From positions 1 through 24,948 of IMG/VR virus record IMGVR_UViG_3300044795_000044: 24,948 nt of DNA; one strand, 5' to 3'. The stretch is from a virus. Lineage: Duplodnaviria; Caudoviricetes. A program made the position numbers and the translations under genes. The notes beneath the pieces are model-generated. The model saw only the letters and a list, made by a program, of their open reading frames with translations. It was not told where the DNA came from and searched no databases. Positions 17,341 to 24,948 of the stretch are shown here, in pieces (the stretch's first letter is position 1; each line of letters begins with the position of its first letter).

Positions 17341-17954
17341 GTATTCCGCTCAAACCACGATTAATCCCAGTTACACGCCCGAGAATAAAAATAATGGACC
17401 GTGCAGTAGACATTCGCCTTGTTCAAGACGCGACGTTTCCGAACGGTACCGGAATTCTTATTGATTGGCAGCTGCTGGACAATGGCACGCTGGACGATAC
17501 GCAGGCTCTCGCGACCGCAATGGTAGTTGCGCTAGGCACTGATCACCGTGCCGATGCCGGCGAGGCCTTGCCTGATCCTGATAATACGGATCGTCGCGGT
17601 TGGTGGGGCGATATGGATGCCGAGACCGTCTGGAACGGCTGGCCGATCGGTTCAAAGTTGTGGCTGTTGAAGCGGGAAAAGATTACTGGGCCTGAAGCAC
17701 TGCAGGGATCAACGCTTGTGCGAGTAGAAAATTATATTCGGCAAGCGGTGCAGCCATTCATCGAGCGGCGGATCGGTTCTCAGATGTATGTCGAAGCGAC
17801 ACGACACGAGCGCGAGCGCATCGATGCGCTAGTACGCTTGTATCGCGGGCCGGTACTGGAGATCGAGCTTCGATATTCGGTGTTATGGACGGACATCATG
17901 CTGTCTGGCGAGGAATACGACATCGGCAGAGCAACAGGAACATGGGGAAATTGA
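14547..17954 (+). CDS. Large repeat protein (1135 aa) with C-terminal Mu gp46-like baseplate wedge domain
   Basis: GTG start, then about 950 aa of L.A.(E/D).PD.A.(F/I).G repeats. The last ~185 aa contain LATAMVVALGTDHRA...LPDPDNTDRRGWWGD...IGSKLWLLKREKIT, the gp46 signature. It lies directly before gp47. Confidence 0.8.
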   Translation: MNITPIGTIAIGVLRGEWLSFDLAATGAPDRAAINANAVTGARLAARDAPDRVAFFGRLVNNAQLEARERPDGASFLAGNYVVGDLNGKENPDRATIAGGLVSVGRLVGSERADTAAIASHLSTSGQLVAADIRDRAGFSGTAFLQLFASLVAKENPDVVSIFTERGLSAAGPSIAPIGTVAIGISGWRGEALSLNLIASDAPDRVAITGRAATSAQLAATDTPDRVAIAGRTITNARLVATDTPDRAAFAARVSNNGRLEATERQDGAAFLAGNYILVALAAAEAPDRAIFAGAGHTTGTLVAVDSPDRGTFVGGSHAVGILVAREVRDRAAITGRVDVSGGLFARERPDTVAIYSSRGLSTAGTSVAPIGTLAIGLLKARGEALSADLVATEFRDSAAIVGRAINHARLEATERPDGASFFAGNVIAVVLAGKEAPDRVRLTGLAFARLFGDLAATDSPDTAAIYSSRGLSAAGPSVAPIGTVAIGLLRASTETLLLNLAATEVRDGAVLAAQAVNNARLAATERQDGAAFFAGNVIVGALTGTEAPDRARFIGLTFARLFGDLAATDRPDTARIYSSRGLSTAGAGIAPIGTFAIATLGWSGEPLSLNLAATETQDTAQFVAGGIVTGRLLATEARDRVAIVGSTTVPAVFGVLAARDSPDVAAFTSTRGISVAGALVEPIGTVAIGTLGRRIEAPVEEIIGAFVAIEPRDRVAIVGDVSVVGAPIFGNLAARDRPDTASFTTTEAVFAAGAGVGLIGTFAIGTLGKPIAAPPVVEVIYGDLAARDSRDIASFYSTRGISAAGAGVAPIGTLVIGILGRWLEPLSLRLAATEPRDRATIVGDTYLKDLFVNLAAIEAQDRVRIFGGVAIDGQWTAAERSDRAIFRGGALWPAVGDLVATEQPDIILIEQFPARLLATENPDRAAFHGERIPLKPRLIPVTRPRIKIMDRAVDIRLVQDATFPNGTGILIDWQLLDNGTLDDTQALATAMVVALGTDHRADAGEALPDPDNTDRRGWWGDMDAETVWNGWPIGSKLWLLKREKITGPEALQGSTLVRVENYIRQAVQPFIERRIGSQMYVEATRHERERIDALVRLYRGPVLEIELRYSVLWTDIMLSGEEYDIGRATGTWGN

Positions 17955-19124
17955 TTGCCTTGGATTACTCCAACTTTGCGACAAGTCCGTCAGATCATTC
18001 GCGACATGGTGCGCGCGAATTTGCCGGGCGCAGATGCGTTAGTGCCGAACTCAGTGCTACGCGTGATGAGCGACGATCAGGCGGCGCTATGTCATCTTAA
18101 TTTGCAGTATCTCGATTGGCTGGCGCTGCAGTTGATGCCAGACACTGCGGAGACCGAGTGGCTCGATCGACATGGTTACATTTGGCTAGTGAATGCCGAT
18201 GGCTCAACTGGGCGCCACATGGCGCAACTGGCAACCGGCATGGTGGAGGTGACAGGTACCGTCCCGTGGGCGGTTGTGCCGCAAGGCTCGTGGCTCGGCA
18301 ACGAGAACATTGGATTTGAAACAATAGAACAGATTTTTGTGAGCGCTACCGGATTGCCGACACCGGTCAGAGTTCGCGCGCTCGATCCTGGCGTTATTGG
18401 GAATGTGCCGAGAGGTAGCACGTTAGGGTTTGCAGCGGCGCCGCCGGGCGTAAATGCCAACGTTACCGTCGTCAGCATGGATGGTGGCGTCGATGAGGAA
18501 AATGATGACGAACTACGCTTTCGCGTGCTGCAGCGTATTCGTCAACCGCCGCAGGGTGGCGCGTGGCACGATTATATTAACTGGGCACTCGCCGTACCTG
18601 GCGTCACGCGCGTATGGGTAAGCCCGCTGGAAATGGGCATGGGCACAGTGACGGTCCGCGTCATGATGGACCGACTTCGCGCCGATCAAGAAGGATTTCC
18701 GACGCAGGCCGATCTCGATGCTGTGACGGCTTACTTGGACATCAAGCGTCCAGTTGCGGTGAAAGACTTCTGGGTTGTTTCGCCGATACGACAGCCGGTC
18801 GATATCATCGTTCGTAATTTACAGCCAGACAATCCGACAGTGCGCGCCGCCATCGGGCGAGCCTTAAGTGCGATGATTATGGAAAAAGCAGCACCGGGAC
18901 AAACGATTTATGCAGCTTGGAAGACGCACGCCATTATGAACGCGGCCGGTGTGATGTCATTCGATTTGGGCAATTGCGATAAAGACGATTACATGATGTC
19001 GCCCGGTCATTTGGCGGTCCTTGGCTCAATTATCTACGAACAAACTGTGCCGCCCCGTCCACTTGTCACTAGAGGACCAGAAACCTACGGCGAATCCGGC
19101 GGTCGGTCGTTGGTAGTACAGTGA
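17955..19124 (+). CDS. Baseplate J-like wedge protein (Mu gp47)
   Basis: TTG start (MPWITPTL). QLMPDTAETEWLDRHG, GGVDEENDDELRFRVLQRIRQPPQGGAWHDYINWALAVPGVTRVWV, GMGTVTV and RPV are Baseplate_J motifs. Confidence 0.92.
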   Translation: MPWITPTLRQVRQIIRDMVRANLPGADALVPNSVLRVMSDDQAALCHLNLQYLDWLALQLMPDTAETEWLDRHGYIWLVNADGSTGRHMAQLATGMVEVTGTVPWAVVPQGSWLGNENIGFETIEQIFVSATGLPTPVRVRALDPGVIGNVPRGSTLGFAAAPPGVNANVTVVSMDGGVDEENDDELRFRVLQRIRQPPQGGAWHDYINWALAVPGVTRVWVSPLEMGMGTVTVRVMMDRLRADQEGFPTQADLDAVTAYLDIKRPVAVKDFWVVSPIRQPVDIIVRNLQPDNPTVRAAIGRALSAMIMEKAAPGQTIYAAWKTHAIMNAAGVMSFDLGNCDKDDYMMSPGHLAVLGSIIYEQTVPPRPLVTRGPETYGESGGRSLVVQ

Positions 19125-19966
19125 GCAATCCAACTAATCCGCTACTGCGTTGGGAAGCGCGCGAGCGTGGCGAGGATCGTCATGTGCGTCGAACCGGCGA
19201 CGACTATACGCTTGCGTTTCTTTCGTTGCTGCCACAAGGTCAGGCATGGCCGAGATGGATCGATTGTACCAACGATAAAACGACGCTGTATAAGGTACAT
19301 CGCGGCCTCGCATATTATTATGGATGGATTGACGGACGCGCCGCTGATTTGTTGGAGCGCGAGGCTAATCCTGGTTTTACGATAGAATTGTTGCCGGATT
19401 GGGAGAGGGCTTATGGCTTGCCTGATCCCTGTTTTCCAGAAGCAAATACCATTGCTGAACGGCAGCAAAGACTGCTGATGTGGATGCGGTGGATCGGCGG
19501 TCAGAGCCGCGAGTATTTTACAGAATTACTGAAATGGCTCGGCTTTGAGATTCATATCAGAGAACATGCGCCGTTTATGGCGGGCATTAGTCAGGCTGGT
19601 GACACGCGACCGCGGGCGCGCGTGCGATATGACTGGGTGCCAGACACTGAAACGGCGGTACGGCCGATACCGAGCGGTTGGATGTCGCGAGAGGGAGACG
19701 ATATCCCGGAGAGAGAACCCGAAGATAATTTCAGGTGGTATATCGGCCGACCGGAAATGCGCTTTGCTTGGTCGGCCAATACTGGTCGCATGGGACTGAT
19801 TTGGTTTCGCGCTAGCAGCGGACAAGCCGGCGTTGATCATCATCTTCAGTTTAGGATGCCGCAGGACCTTGATTGCATGCTCAATCGATGGAAGCCGGCG
19901 CATACGGCCATTGTGGTGAATACTGGCTATTTGGCGTTCGGTGATCCCATGGAAGGAACGCCCTGA
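19121..19966 (+). CDS. Baseplate protein, Mu gp48/YmfQ-like (DUF2313)
   Basis: LLPQGQAWPR, LLEREANP...ELLPDWERAYGLPDPC, GGQSREYF and C.LNRWKPAHT motifs. GTGA overlap with gp47. Confidence 0.9.
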   Translation: MSNPTNPLLRWEARERGEDRHVRRTGDDYTLAFLSLLPQGQAWPRWIDCTNDKTTLYKVHRGLAYYYGWIDGRAADLLEREANPGFTIELLPDWERAYGLPDPCFPEANTIAERQQRLLMWMRWIGGQSREYFTELLKWLGFEIHIREHAPFMAGISQAGDTRPRARVRYDWVPDTETAVRPIPSGWMSREGDDIPEREPEDNFRWYIGRPEMRFAWSANTGRMGLIWFRASSGQAGVDHHLQFRMPQDLDCMLNRWKPAHTAIVVNTGYLAFGDPMEGTP

Positions 19967-19984
19967 AACTAAGGAGAGGATTCA

Positions 19985-20290
19985 ATGGCTGAAGAAGCAA
20001 AAACCCCCGCTGAACAAGCATCACAATTGGAGCAACGCGCCTCAAAATTAAGACAAGAGGCGCAGAAGTTAATCAGCGAAGCGAATGAATTGGATCAGGA
20101 GGCGACGGCTTTAGAAACGCCAAATGTAGTGGAGCCATCAAAATCAAATATCGCCGGTCGTGCGATCTATGGAACGCCAGAGTGGCTTGCAGATCGAGCT
20201 GAGCATCACCGCGAACCGACGAAAGACGAATTGTTGAAAGAGGGCAATGGCGCTTACCTAGTGAAGCGTCCTTATCCTAAGCGTGATTAA
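19985..20290 (+). CDS. Hypothetical protein (101 aa) with an N-terminal coiled coil
   Basis: Strong RBS (AAGGAGAGGA) and a heptad-like AEQASQLEQRASKLRQEAQKLISEANELDQEA segment. It fills the gap between gp48 and the fibre gene. Confidence 0.65.
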   Translation: MAEEAKTPAEQASQLEQRASKLRQEAQKLISEANELDQEATALETPNVVEPSKSNIAGRAIYGTPEWLADRAEHHREPTKDELLKEGNGAYLVKRPYPKRD

Positions 20291-20335
20291 AATGAATAAA
20301 AGCTTCGTTGATGATAGTTGTTGCGGAGCAAACAA

Positions 20336-22111
20336 ATGAAATATGTGCCGCCATTTGGAGTCTCAGACGCAGAGGCTCCCTATATCAATGGAGACCCCAC
20401 TATAGGTCGTCAGGGGTCGATTCCGCCTGCCGCGGTATTTGAGAATCCGCAACGCGAGATCATTTCTGTCATCAGCAATTCGCACATCGTGCCGAGCGAT
20501 GCCGACCTGCAGCAACAAGCCAGAGCCATTCGCTCGCAGCGGATGAATTATCACGAGGCGGAGCAAGTCGCGAATCCTAACGACATCGTTATTTCGGTCG
20601 ACAATCCGCCACTCGGTGCTTACACGCGTGGTCTGATCTTCCGTGTGCGGATGCGCAATACCAATACCGACGCATGCCGCCTCAATGCCGGTCCAGGTTG
20701 GGCTCCAGTTCGCAAGATGAATGGCGCGGACGTTGCTCCCGGCGAGCTGAGCAACGGCGCGGTAATCACGGTCGTCTATGACGGCGCAGTGTGGCAGTTG
20801 ACTAATTTTACTGCTGCGCCTGCGGCGGTTGGCGAGCCTATTCATCTGCGAATTCCATACACCGTTGACACATCGCCGGTGCCGAACACTGTCATTGCCG
20901 ATTTTCTGCCAGCGGTCGAGCCGCCAGACATGGTCGCTGGATTCATGTGTGCGGTGAAGATAGCGAACACGAATACCGGCCCGACTCAGATGGTTATCAA
21001 CGGCATGCCGCCGGTAAGTCTTAGAGCGAACGGCAGCAGTGCTACGCCTGCGGCTTTGACTTTGCAAGGTGACATGAAACGCGATGACGTGATTGTTTTC
21101 TTTTATGATGGTCAATATTTGTGGTTTGCGCCTAATCCAGAAATAAATGCTTTTGTCATATATGACATCGGCACTGGAGGTCAGTTCCCGACGGTTAATG
21201 CGTGCTTGGATGAAATAAGACGCAAGACCATAGGTGCTAATGGATATGTTGATTTGATATTGAGGCAACAAAGATTTGGTCCGATTACAATTTCGCATCC
21301 CGGCGCGGATCGCATCAGAATCAGCGGCACGTTAAAGTCAGGGCTGCCAGGCGGACCTTCGGTAGCTTGGAATTCGCTAGCGCGAACCGGAACGAGTGCA
21401 GTGGCGCTGAGCAACGATCACAGTTTCAATCGAACATATTTGGAAGCACGATATGGCACCATCATTGATGTGCCAAGCACTCATCCGGAAATTGATCCGT
21501 GGTCGGCAGAAGGAGGGATAATTCAAGAGGGTCCAGGCACTCCGGTCATCAGGGACATTTTGATTTCAGGCATTCGGCGACAGACCACTATCGCTGGGTG
21601 GTGGCAAACCGGTTTGCTTGTCGCAACAAATTTGATCATTCGAAATGTTGCTATTGTTGGATGTAATACTGGCGTTCACTGTAGCGGCAATGGTGATTTT
21701 GAGTATGTTACAGTTGCCGGTTGCGTCAATCATGCGATGCATGTCGGCGGCTCAGCAAAAATTTTCCATTCGGTAGTGACAGGAACTGGATTCAGTTCGC
21801 CAACGCTAGGTTGGGGATTGGCGAATCCCGGAAACACTTATTGTTATCAGTTTCGAACGTACAGCAATTCAGGCTGGGGTATATCTGCTTATGGCGGAGG
21901 TATTTGTGAGATGTGGGCCTGCACGGGACTTGGCAACGGTATATGGGACTTGATTGCGCAAGCCGGCGGTACAGTCAATTCTTACTCCGGTTATTTTCCT
22001 GGTGAAGATGCTAACTTTGGAACCCATTCGCCGCCGGTCGGTACGATAGGCAACGAGCGAGCGATCATAACTCACGCTTATGTTCAGCCCACTGGCTGGG
22101 TTCCACGCTGA
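20336..22111 (+). CDS. Tail fibre / receptor-binding protein 1 with a putative C-terminal parallel beta-helix
   Basis: Probable start is ATG 20336 (GGAG at 20325-20328), giving MKYVPPFG...YINGDP..G.QGSIPPAA..ENPQREI, a baseplate-anchoring N-terminus. Two tandem NTNT....N.....V...NG....G......V..YDG modules follow. After FPTVNACLD comes a Gly/Asn-rich beta-solenoid-like region. It follows gp48. Confidence 0.75.
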   Translation: MKYVPPFGVSDAEAPYINGDPTIGRQGSIPPAAVFENPQREIISVISNSHIVPSDADLQQQARAIRSQRMNYHEAEQVANPNDIVISVDNPPLGAYTRGLIFRVRMRNTNTDACRLNAGPGWAPVRKMNGADVAPGELSNGAVITVVYDGAVWQLTNFTAAPAAVGEPIHLRIPYTVDTSPVPNTVIADFLPAVEPPDMVAGFMCAVKIANTNTGPTQMVINGMPPVSLRANGSSATPAALTLQGDMKRDDVIVFFYDGQYLWFAPNPEINAFVIYDIGTGGQFPTVNACLDEIRRKTIGANGYVDLILRQQRFGPITISHPGADRIRISGTLKSGLPGGPSVAWNSLARTGTSAVALSNDHSFNRTYLEARYGTIIDVPSTHPEIDPWSAEGGIIQEGPGTPVIRDILISGIRRQTTIAGWWQTGLLVATNLIIRNVAIVGCNTGVHCSGNGDFEYVTVAGCVNHAMHVGGSAKIFHSVVTGTGFSSPTLGWGLANPGNTYCYQFRTYSNSGWGISAYGGGICEMWACTGLGNGIWDLIAQAGGTVNSYSGYFPGEDANFGTHSPPVGTIGNERAIITHAYVQPTGWVPR

Positions 22112-22126
22112 AATAGGTGATCAATC

Positions 22127-22609
22127 ATGCAAGTATTTGTCATGCCGGGCGATCTTAACAGCTTGGCCGAAACCGTTCATGTTGTCGGCACATTCGAAGA
22201 CAGCGTCACTTTAGAACGCTCGTGGTATGAGCGGTTTGTTCGCTTGTCTTTGCCGTCATCGGCCTTACGAAATACCATGAATGGCATGACGCTTGAATCA
22301 GGCTGGCGTGAAGCCAACAAGCGCCTATTGTTTGGTGGTGAAGCGACGCGACGGATTGATGAGGTGTTTACTGAATATTCGCAGCTCAACGCCAACGCAG
22401 AGATGAATGAATACATCAGAGAGTATGGAGCCGCGACAACGCAGTGGCCACAGGCGGCACGGGACCGCGCCGTCGAAATTGATCGATGCTGGAGATATGT
22501 TAACGCGGTGCGTGAGGCGGTTGGTCGTCTTTTGAACGCCGCTGTCCCAGCTAATCCGACCGCCGACGCTCATTGGCCGCCGCGAATACAACCATTTCAA
22601 ACACGATAA
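22127..22609 (+). CDS. Putative tail fibre assembly/chaperone protein
   Basis: 160 aa with an RBS (AGGTG), directly after the fibre. EATRRI...YSQLNA...W.YVNAVR...PANPTADAHWP is similar to small fibre-associated proteins that end in D..WP. Confidence 0.5.
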   Translation: MQVFVMPGDLNSLAETVHVVGTFEDSVTLERSWYERFVRLSLPSSALRNTMNGMTLESGWREANKRLLFGGEATRRIDEVFTEYSQLNANAEMNEYIREYGAATTQWPQAARDRAVEIDRCWRYVNAVREAVGRLLNAAVPANPTADAHWPPRIQPFQTR

Positions 22610-22611
22610 AA

Positions 22612-23070
22612 ATGTTTCAGCAATATCATCAACAATATCTTGAACATCCAAGTCCGGAATCACATCCAGTTTTGTTTGGTGATCCGTTCGGGATGGAGCG
22701 ATGGATCAGCACCAACATTCTGGCAATACCGTTGGTCCACATCGTCTTTGAGACCGGCAACAATGAGGACTGGATTGACAGTATCCGTTACACGACGCCG
22801 CACAATGAGCCGGTCGATCTGCGCGGCGTCGATTTTCACATGCAGATCAGAAATCGGCCGAATGAGTTCGACGTGTCGTTGTATCCATCGACGGCCAATG
22901 AGTTATTGATAACCAATTACAATTATTTGATCATCAACGTTCCGCTGTGGCGCATGGAAAAGATTTGGACCGTTGGCGAGTACGTCGGCGATATTTTAAC
23001 TAGCGACGGACGGTTCTTTCGCGTGGTTGCTACATTTGATCTGCGCGTGGTTCACGGAGTGACACGGTAA
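22612..23070 (+). CDS. Putative fibre-attachment/adaptor protein (BppU-like beta-sandwich), paralog A
   Basis: Probable ATG at 22612 (or a later in-frame ATG near 22693). TNILAIP...ETGNNEDWIDS...PVDLRGVDFHMQIR...GEYVGDIL...FDLRVVHGVTR resembles the P.DL.G....Q.R...G.Y.YD.....G...V...VTR pattern of phage fibre adaptors. TAATG overlap with the next gene. Confidence 0.55.
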   Translation: MFQQYHQQYLEHPSPESHPVLFGDPFGMERWISTNILAIPLVHIVFETGNNEDWIDSIRYTTPHNEPVDLRGVDFHMQIRNRPNEFDVSLYPSTANELLITNYNYLIINVPLWRMEKIWTVGEYVGDILTSDGRFFRVVATFDLRVVHGVTR

Positions 23071-24695
23071 TGGTGATCAAAAGCATCGAGCCTGGAAGTC
23101 TTTTGCCAGCAGGCGCTGCCACCGTCGTGACAGCTCCGTATGCGCCGCGCGGACCAATCATGGTCGGCACCAGTGATACTGAAACGACCATTCCAATGCT
23201 GTTGCCGGAACAAAGAGTCGCTCGCTCGTTCGTCATGAATGAATTCAATCCTGGGTTCATGGTTGGCACGCGCATGCGCGCCGTGGTGCAAGGCTCGTCA
23301 CAGCACTGGATGGAGGGCAACGTCGATGGCTTTACGTTTGATACAAATACATTGACGTTGTTGATCGAACTAACGTCCGGTTCGATTGGCGGCTATCGCG
23401 GTTGGAATTTGACAATCGCTGGCGAGCGCGGCGAGCGCGGAGCACAAGGTATTGCTGGTCCAGCTGGACAGCGCGGTCCTGCTGGCGGCGATCCGGGACC
23501 CATGGGACCGGAAGGACCCCGGGGCTTCACGGCGACGCTTCAAGTCGGAACGGTGCAAGCGACGGCTAACCCCAGTGATCCACCTCACGTCACGATCACT
23601 GAGGCTCCACTCGGAGGCGGCGGCAGCGCCTACACTGACGGCATCATTAATTTTTGGTTGCCGCGAGGCCCGACCGGTCCGACCGGCGCGACTTCTTTTG
23701 GCGGTCCGACAGGTCCGACTGGCGCAGCTTCAACCATACCCGGACCGACCGGTCCTACTGGAGCGCAAGGCAATGCCGGTCCCGTCGGTAATCCCGGGCC
23801 GTTGCCGAGCGCAGCCGACATTGTCGCCGCGCTCACTGCTGCTGGCGTCGTTAATCCAGAAGATTACGCTTGGCGCGATGGCACGCGGCCGTTCATCGCC
23901 GTGGCGCGCGGTGTAGCACCAGCGGCGACGGTGCGAGATACGTCGTTTCCGACAACAGCCTGGACGATGGATCGCGTCGACGCATTGAATACTACGCTGC
24001 GCGCTTGGGCCAATACGCAATTCATGCTGGCTGCTGGTCAAACGTTACTTTCGTCGCAGCGATCTTTGGCCAGCGCGCCTACTAATCAGTGCGTGCAAGC
24101 TTGTTGGGACACGGCGCGTTTTCAAGGCGTCGGCATGATGATGGGCGCTGGGTCACCGGGTGTCGGTGGCACTGGTCCGCATGTCTCAAAATTATTCTTT
24201 ATCAATGTCAACAGTGCAGGACAGTATGCGGGAAATACTTACGCCTTTATCGAACCTGGCACAGGTTGGTGGATTGACAATGTGCTTGGCTGTGATCGCC
24301 TCTCGGTTGGTACAAATGGTCAGATTAATTACGATTTAACTGTGGGTGGTACATTATATTATGTCAATGTTGTTCAGATATCTGATGAGCGTATTAAACA
24401 AAATATTCGACCTAGCACAATCGACGCGCTCAGCGTCTTAAATCACCTCGATGTCGTGCAGTATGATTGGCGATTTGGCAAGTTTAAAGGACGCCACGCC
24501 GATATTGGACTGACGGCACAACAAGTTGCCAAATATATCCCAGACGCTGTCGCGGAGGTGCCGACCCCAGATGAAAGTTTTATAAAAAGTCCATTACCGG
24601 CAAAGACTAAAGGTGTCGATGTTAATGAGTTGATATTTTATTTGATCCGCGCCGTGCAGCAATTGAGCGAGCAAATAGAAGCATTGAAGCGATGA
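23070..24695 (+). CDS. Tail fibre/spike 2 with collagen-like G-X-Y repeats and C-terminal Peptidase S74 intramolecular chaperone
   Basis: GERGERGAQGIAGPAGQRGPAG and GPTGPTG repeats. ISDERIKQNI...AL..L..L....YDW....GLTAQQV...IPDAV...LIRAVQQLSEQIEALK is the S74 chaperone signature (Ser codon at 24381). Confidence 0.85.
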   Translation: MVIKSIEPGSLLPAGAATVVTAPYAPRGPIMVGTSDTETTIPMLLPEQRVARSFVMNEFNPGFMVGTRMRAVVQGSSQHWMEGNVDGFTFDTNTLTLLIELTSGSIGGYRGWNLTIAGERGERGAQGIAGPAGQRGPAGGDPGPMGPEGPRGFTATLQVGTVQATANPSDPPHVTITEAPLGGGGSAYTDGIINFWLPRGPTGPTGATSFGGPTGPTGAASTIPGPTGPTGAQGNAGPVGNPGPLPSAADIVAALTAAGVVNPEDYAWRDGTRPFIAVARGVAPAATVRDTSFPTTAWTMDRVDALNTTLRAWANTQFMLAAGQTLLSSQRSLASAPTNQCVQACWDTARFQGVGMMMGAGSPGVGGTGPHVSKLFFINVNSAGQYAGNTYAFIEPGTGWWIDNVLGCDRLSVGTNGQINYDLTVGGTLYYVNVVQISDERIKQNIRPSTIDALSVLNHLDVVQYDWRFGKFKGRHADIGLTAQQVAKYIPDAVAEVPTPDESFIKSPLPAKTKGVDVNELIFYLIRAVQQLSEQIEALKR

Positions 24696-24948
24696 GTGTA
24701 ATAACTCCGATTGCTTCTGAGCCTATCGGCGTATTTGTGCGCCGTAAAGAAGAGGAAGTACCGCCGCCGCCGCCGCGACCGCCGATTCCGAGCGAGCGAC
24801 CACCGACTGACATCTTACTGATTCCACGCACTCATATTACAGTTGAAACCGGCAACAACGAGGATTGGTTAGACATTCTTCAATATTATCTGATCGATTA
24901 CCCCGATGATCAGCTCGACATTCGCGGCATTTATTTTGATATGCATCT
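24692..24948 (+). CDS. Second adaptor paralog (paralog B), 3' truncated by the window edge
   Basis: ATGA overlap with fibre 2. Translation MSVITPIASEPIGVFVRRKEEEVPPPPPRPPIPSERPPTDILLIPRTHITVETGNNEDWLDILQYYLIDYPDDQLDIRGIYFDMH aligns with 22612..23070 (ETGNNEDW.D, D.RG..F.M). Not in the ORF track because it has no stop within the window. Confidence 0.75.
   Translation, partial: MSVITPIASEPIGVFVRRKEEEVPPPPPRPPIPSERPPTDILLIPRTHITVETGNNEDWLDILQYYLIDYPDDQLDIRGIYFDMH

Larger units (their letters stand above)
1..24948 (+). mobile_element. Tail/baseplate morphogenesis operon of a Mu-like contractile-tail phage or prophage
   Basis: Continuous co-oriented set of tube, chaperone, TMP, gp43-48-like and fibre genes with overlapping or abutting stops and starts. 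Confidence 0.9.

Noticed and set aside
10-24831. Numerous minus-strand and alternate-frame ORFs in the track (e.g. 20363..21298, 16277..16855, 904..1395, 32..484)
   Set aside because: They overlap well-supported + strand structural genes, show no recognisable motifs, and are expected shadows in GC-rich coding DNA.
20336-24948. Diversity-generating retroelement or invertible fibre cassette (Mu G-segment type)
   Set aside because: I saw no reverse transcriptase, invertase, inverted fibre copy or adenine-specific TR/VR repeat pair in the window.
1-24948. Assignment as eCIS, T6SS or tailocin
   Set aside because: The components are Mu-type (gp41-gp48), with no Afp/PVC-type ATPase or Tss genes seen. 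Whether a capsid exists cannot be judged from this window, so the question is left open.

Overview
A 24.9 kb, entirely + strand, tightly packed tail and baseplate module of a Mu-like contractile-tailed (myovirus-type) phage or prophage. A tailocin or eCIS cannot be excluded because no head genes are in the window. Gene order: 3' end of the tail tube gene; a 48-aa Cys/Trp-rich ORF missed by the ORF track; tail assembly chaperone with a T7 slippery site (-1 frameshift extension); three tandem paralogous tape-measure-like genes (1305, 1095 and 845 aa); gp44-like hub; gp45-like spike; a split and relocated gp43-like (DNA circularisation/tube initiator) gene pair; a gp46-like wedge protein fused to about 950 aa of hierarchical repeats; gp47 (baseplate J); gp48; a small coiled-coil ORF; tail fibre 1 and a putative assembly factor; an adaptor; a collagen/Peptidase-S74 tail fibre; and the start of a second adaptor paralog. 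The most striking feature is the triplicated tape measure. The three copies share a conserved N-terminal scaffold of about 330-400 aa and a related C-terminal motif, but carry different central cargo. Copy 1 has M15-like peptidase, lysozyme-like and Amidase_2 domains, copy 2 has M15-like peptidase and SleB-like domains, and copy 3 has no recognisable enzyme. All family calls come from motif recognition and synteny, not from database searches.
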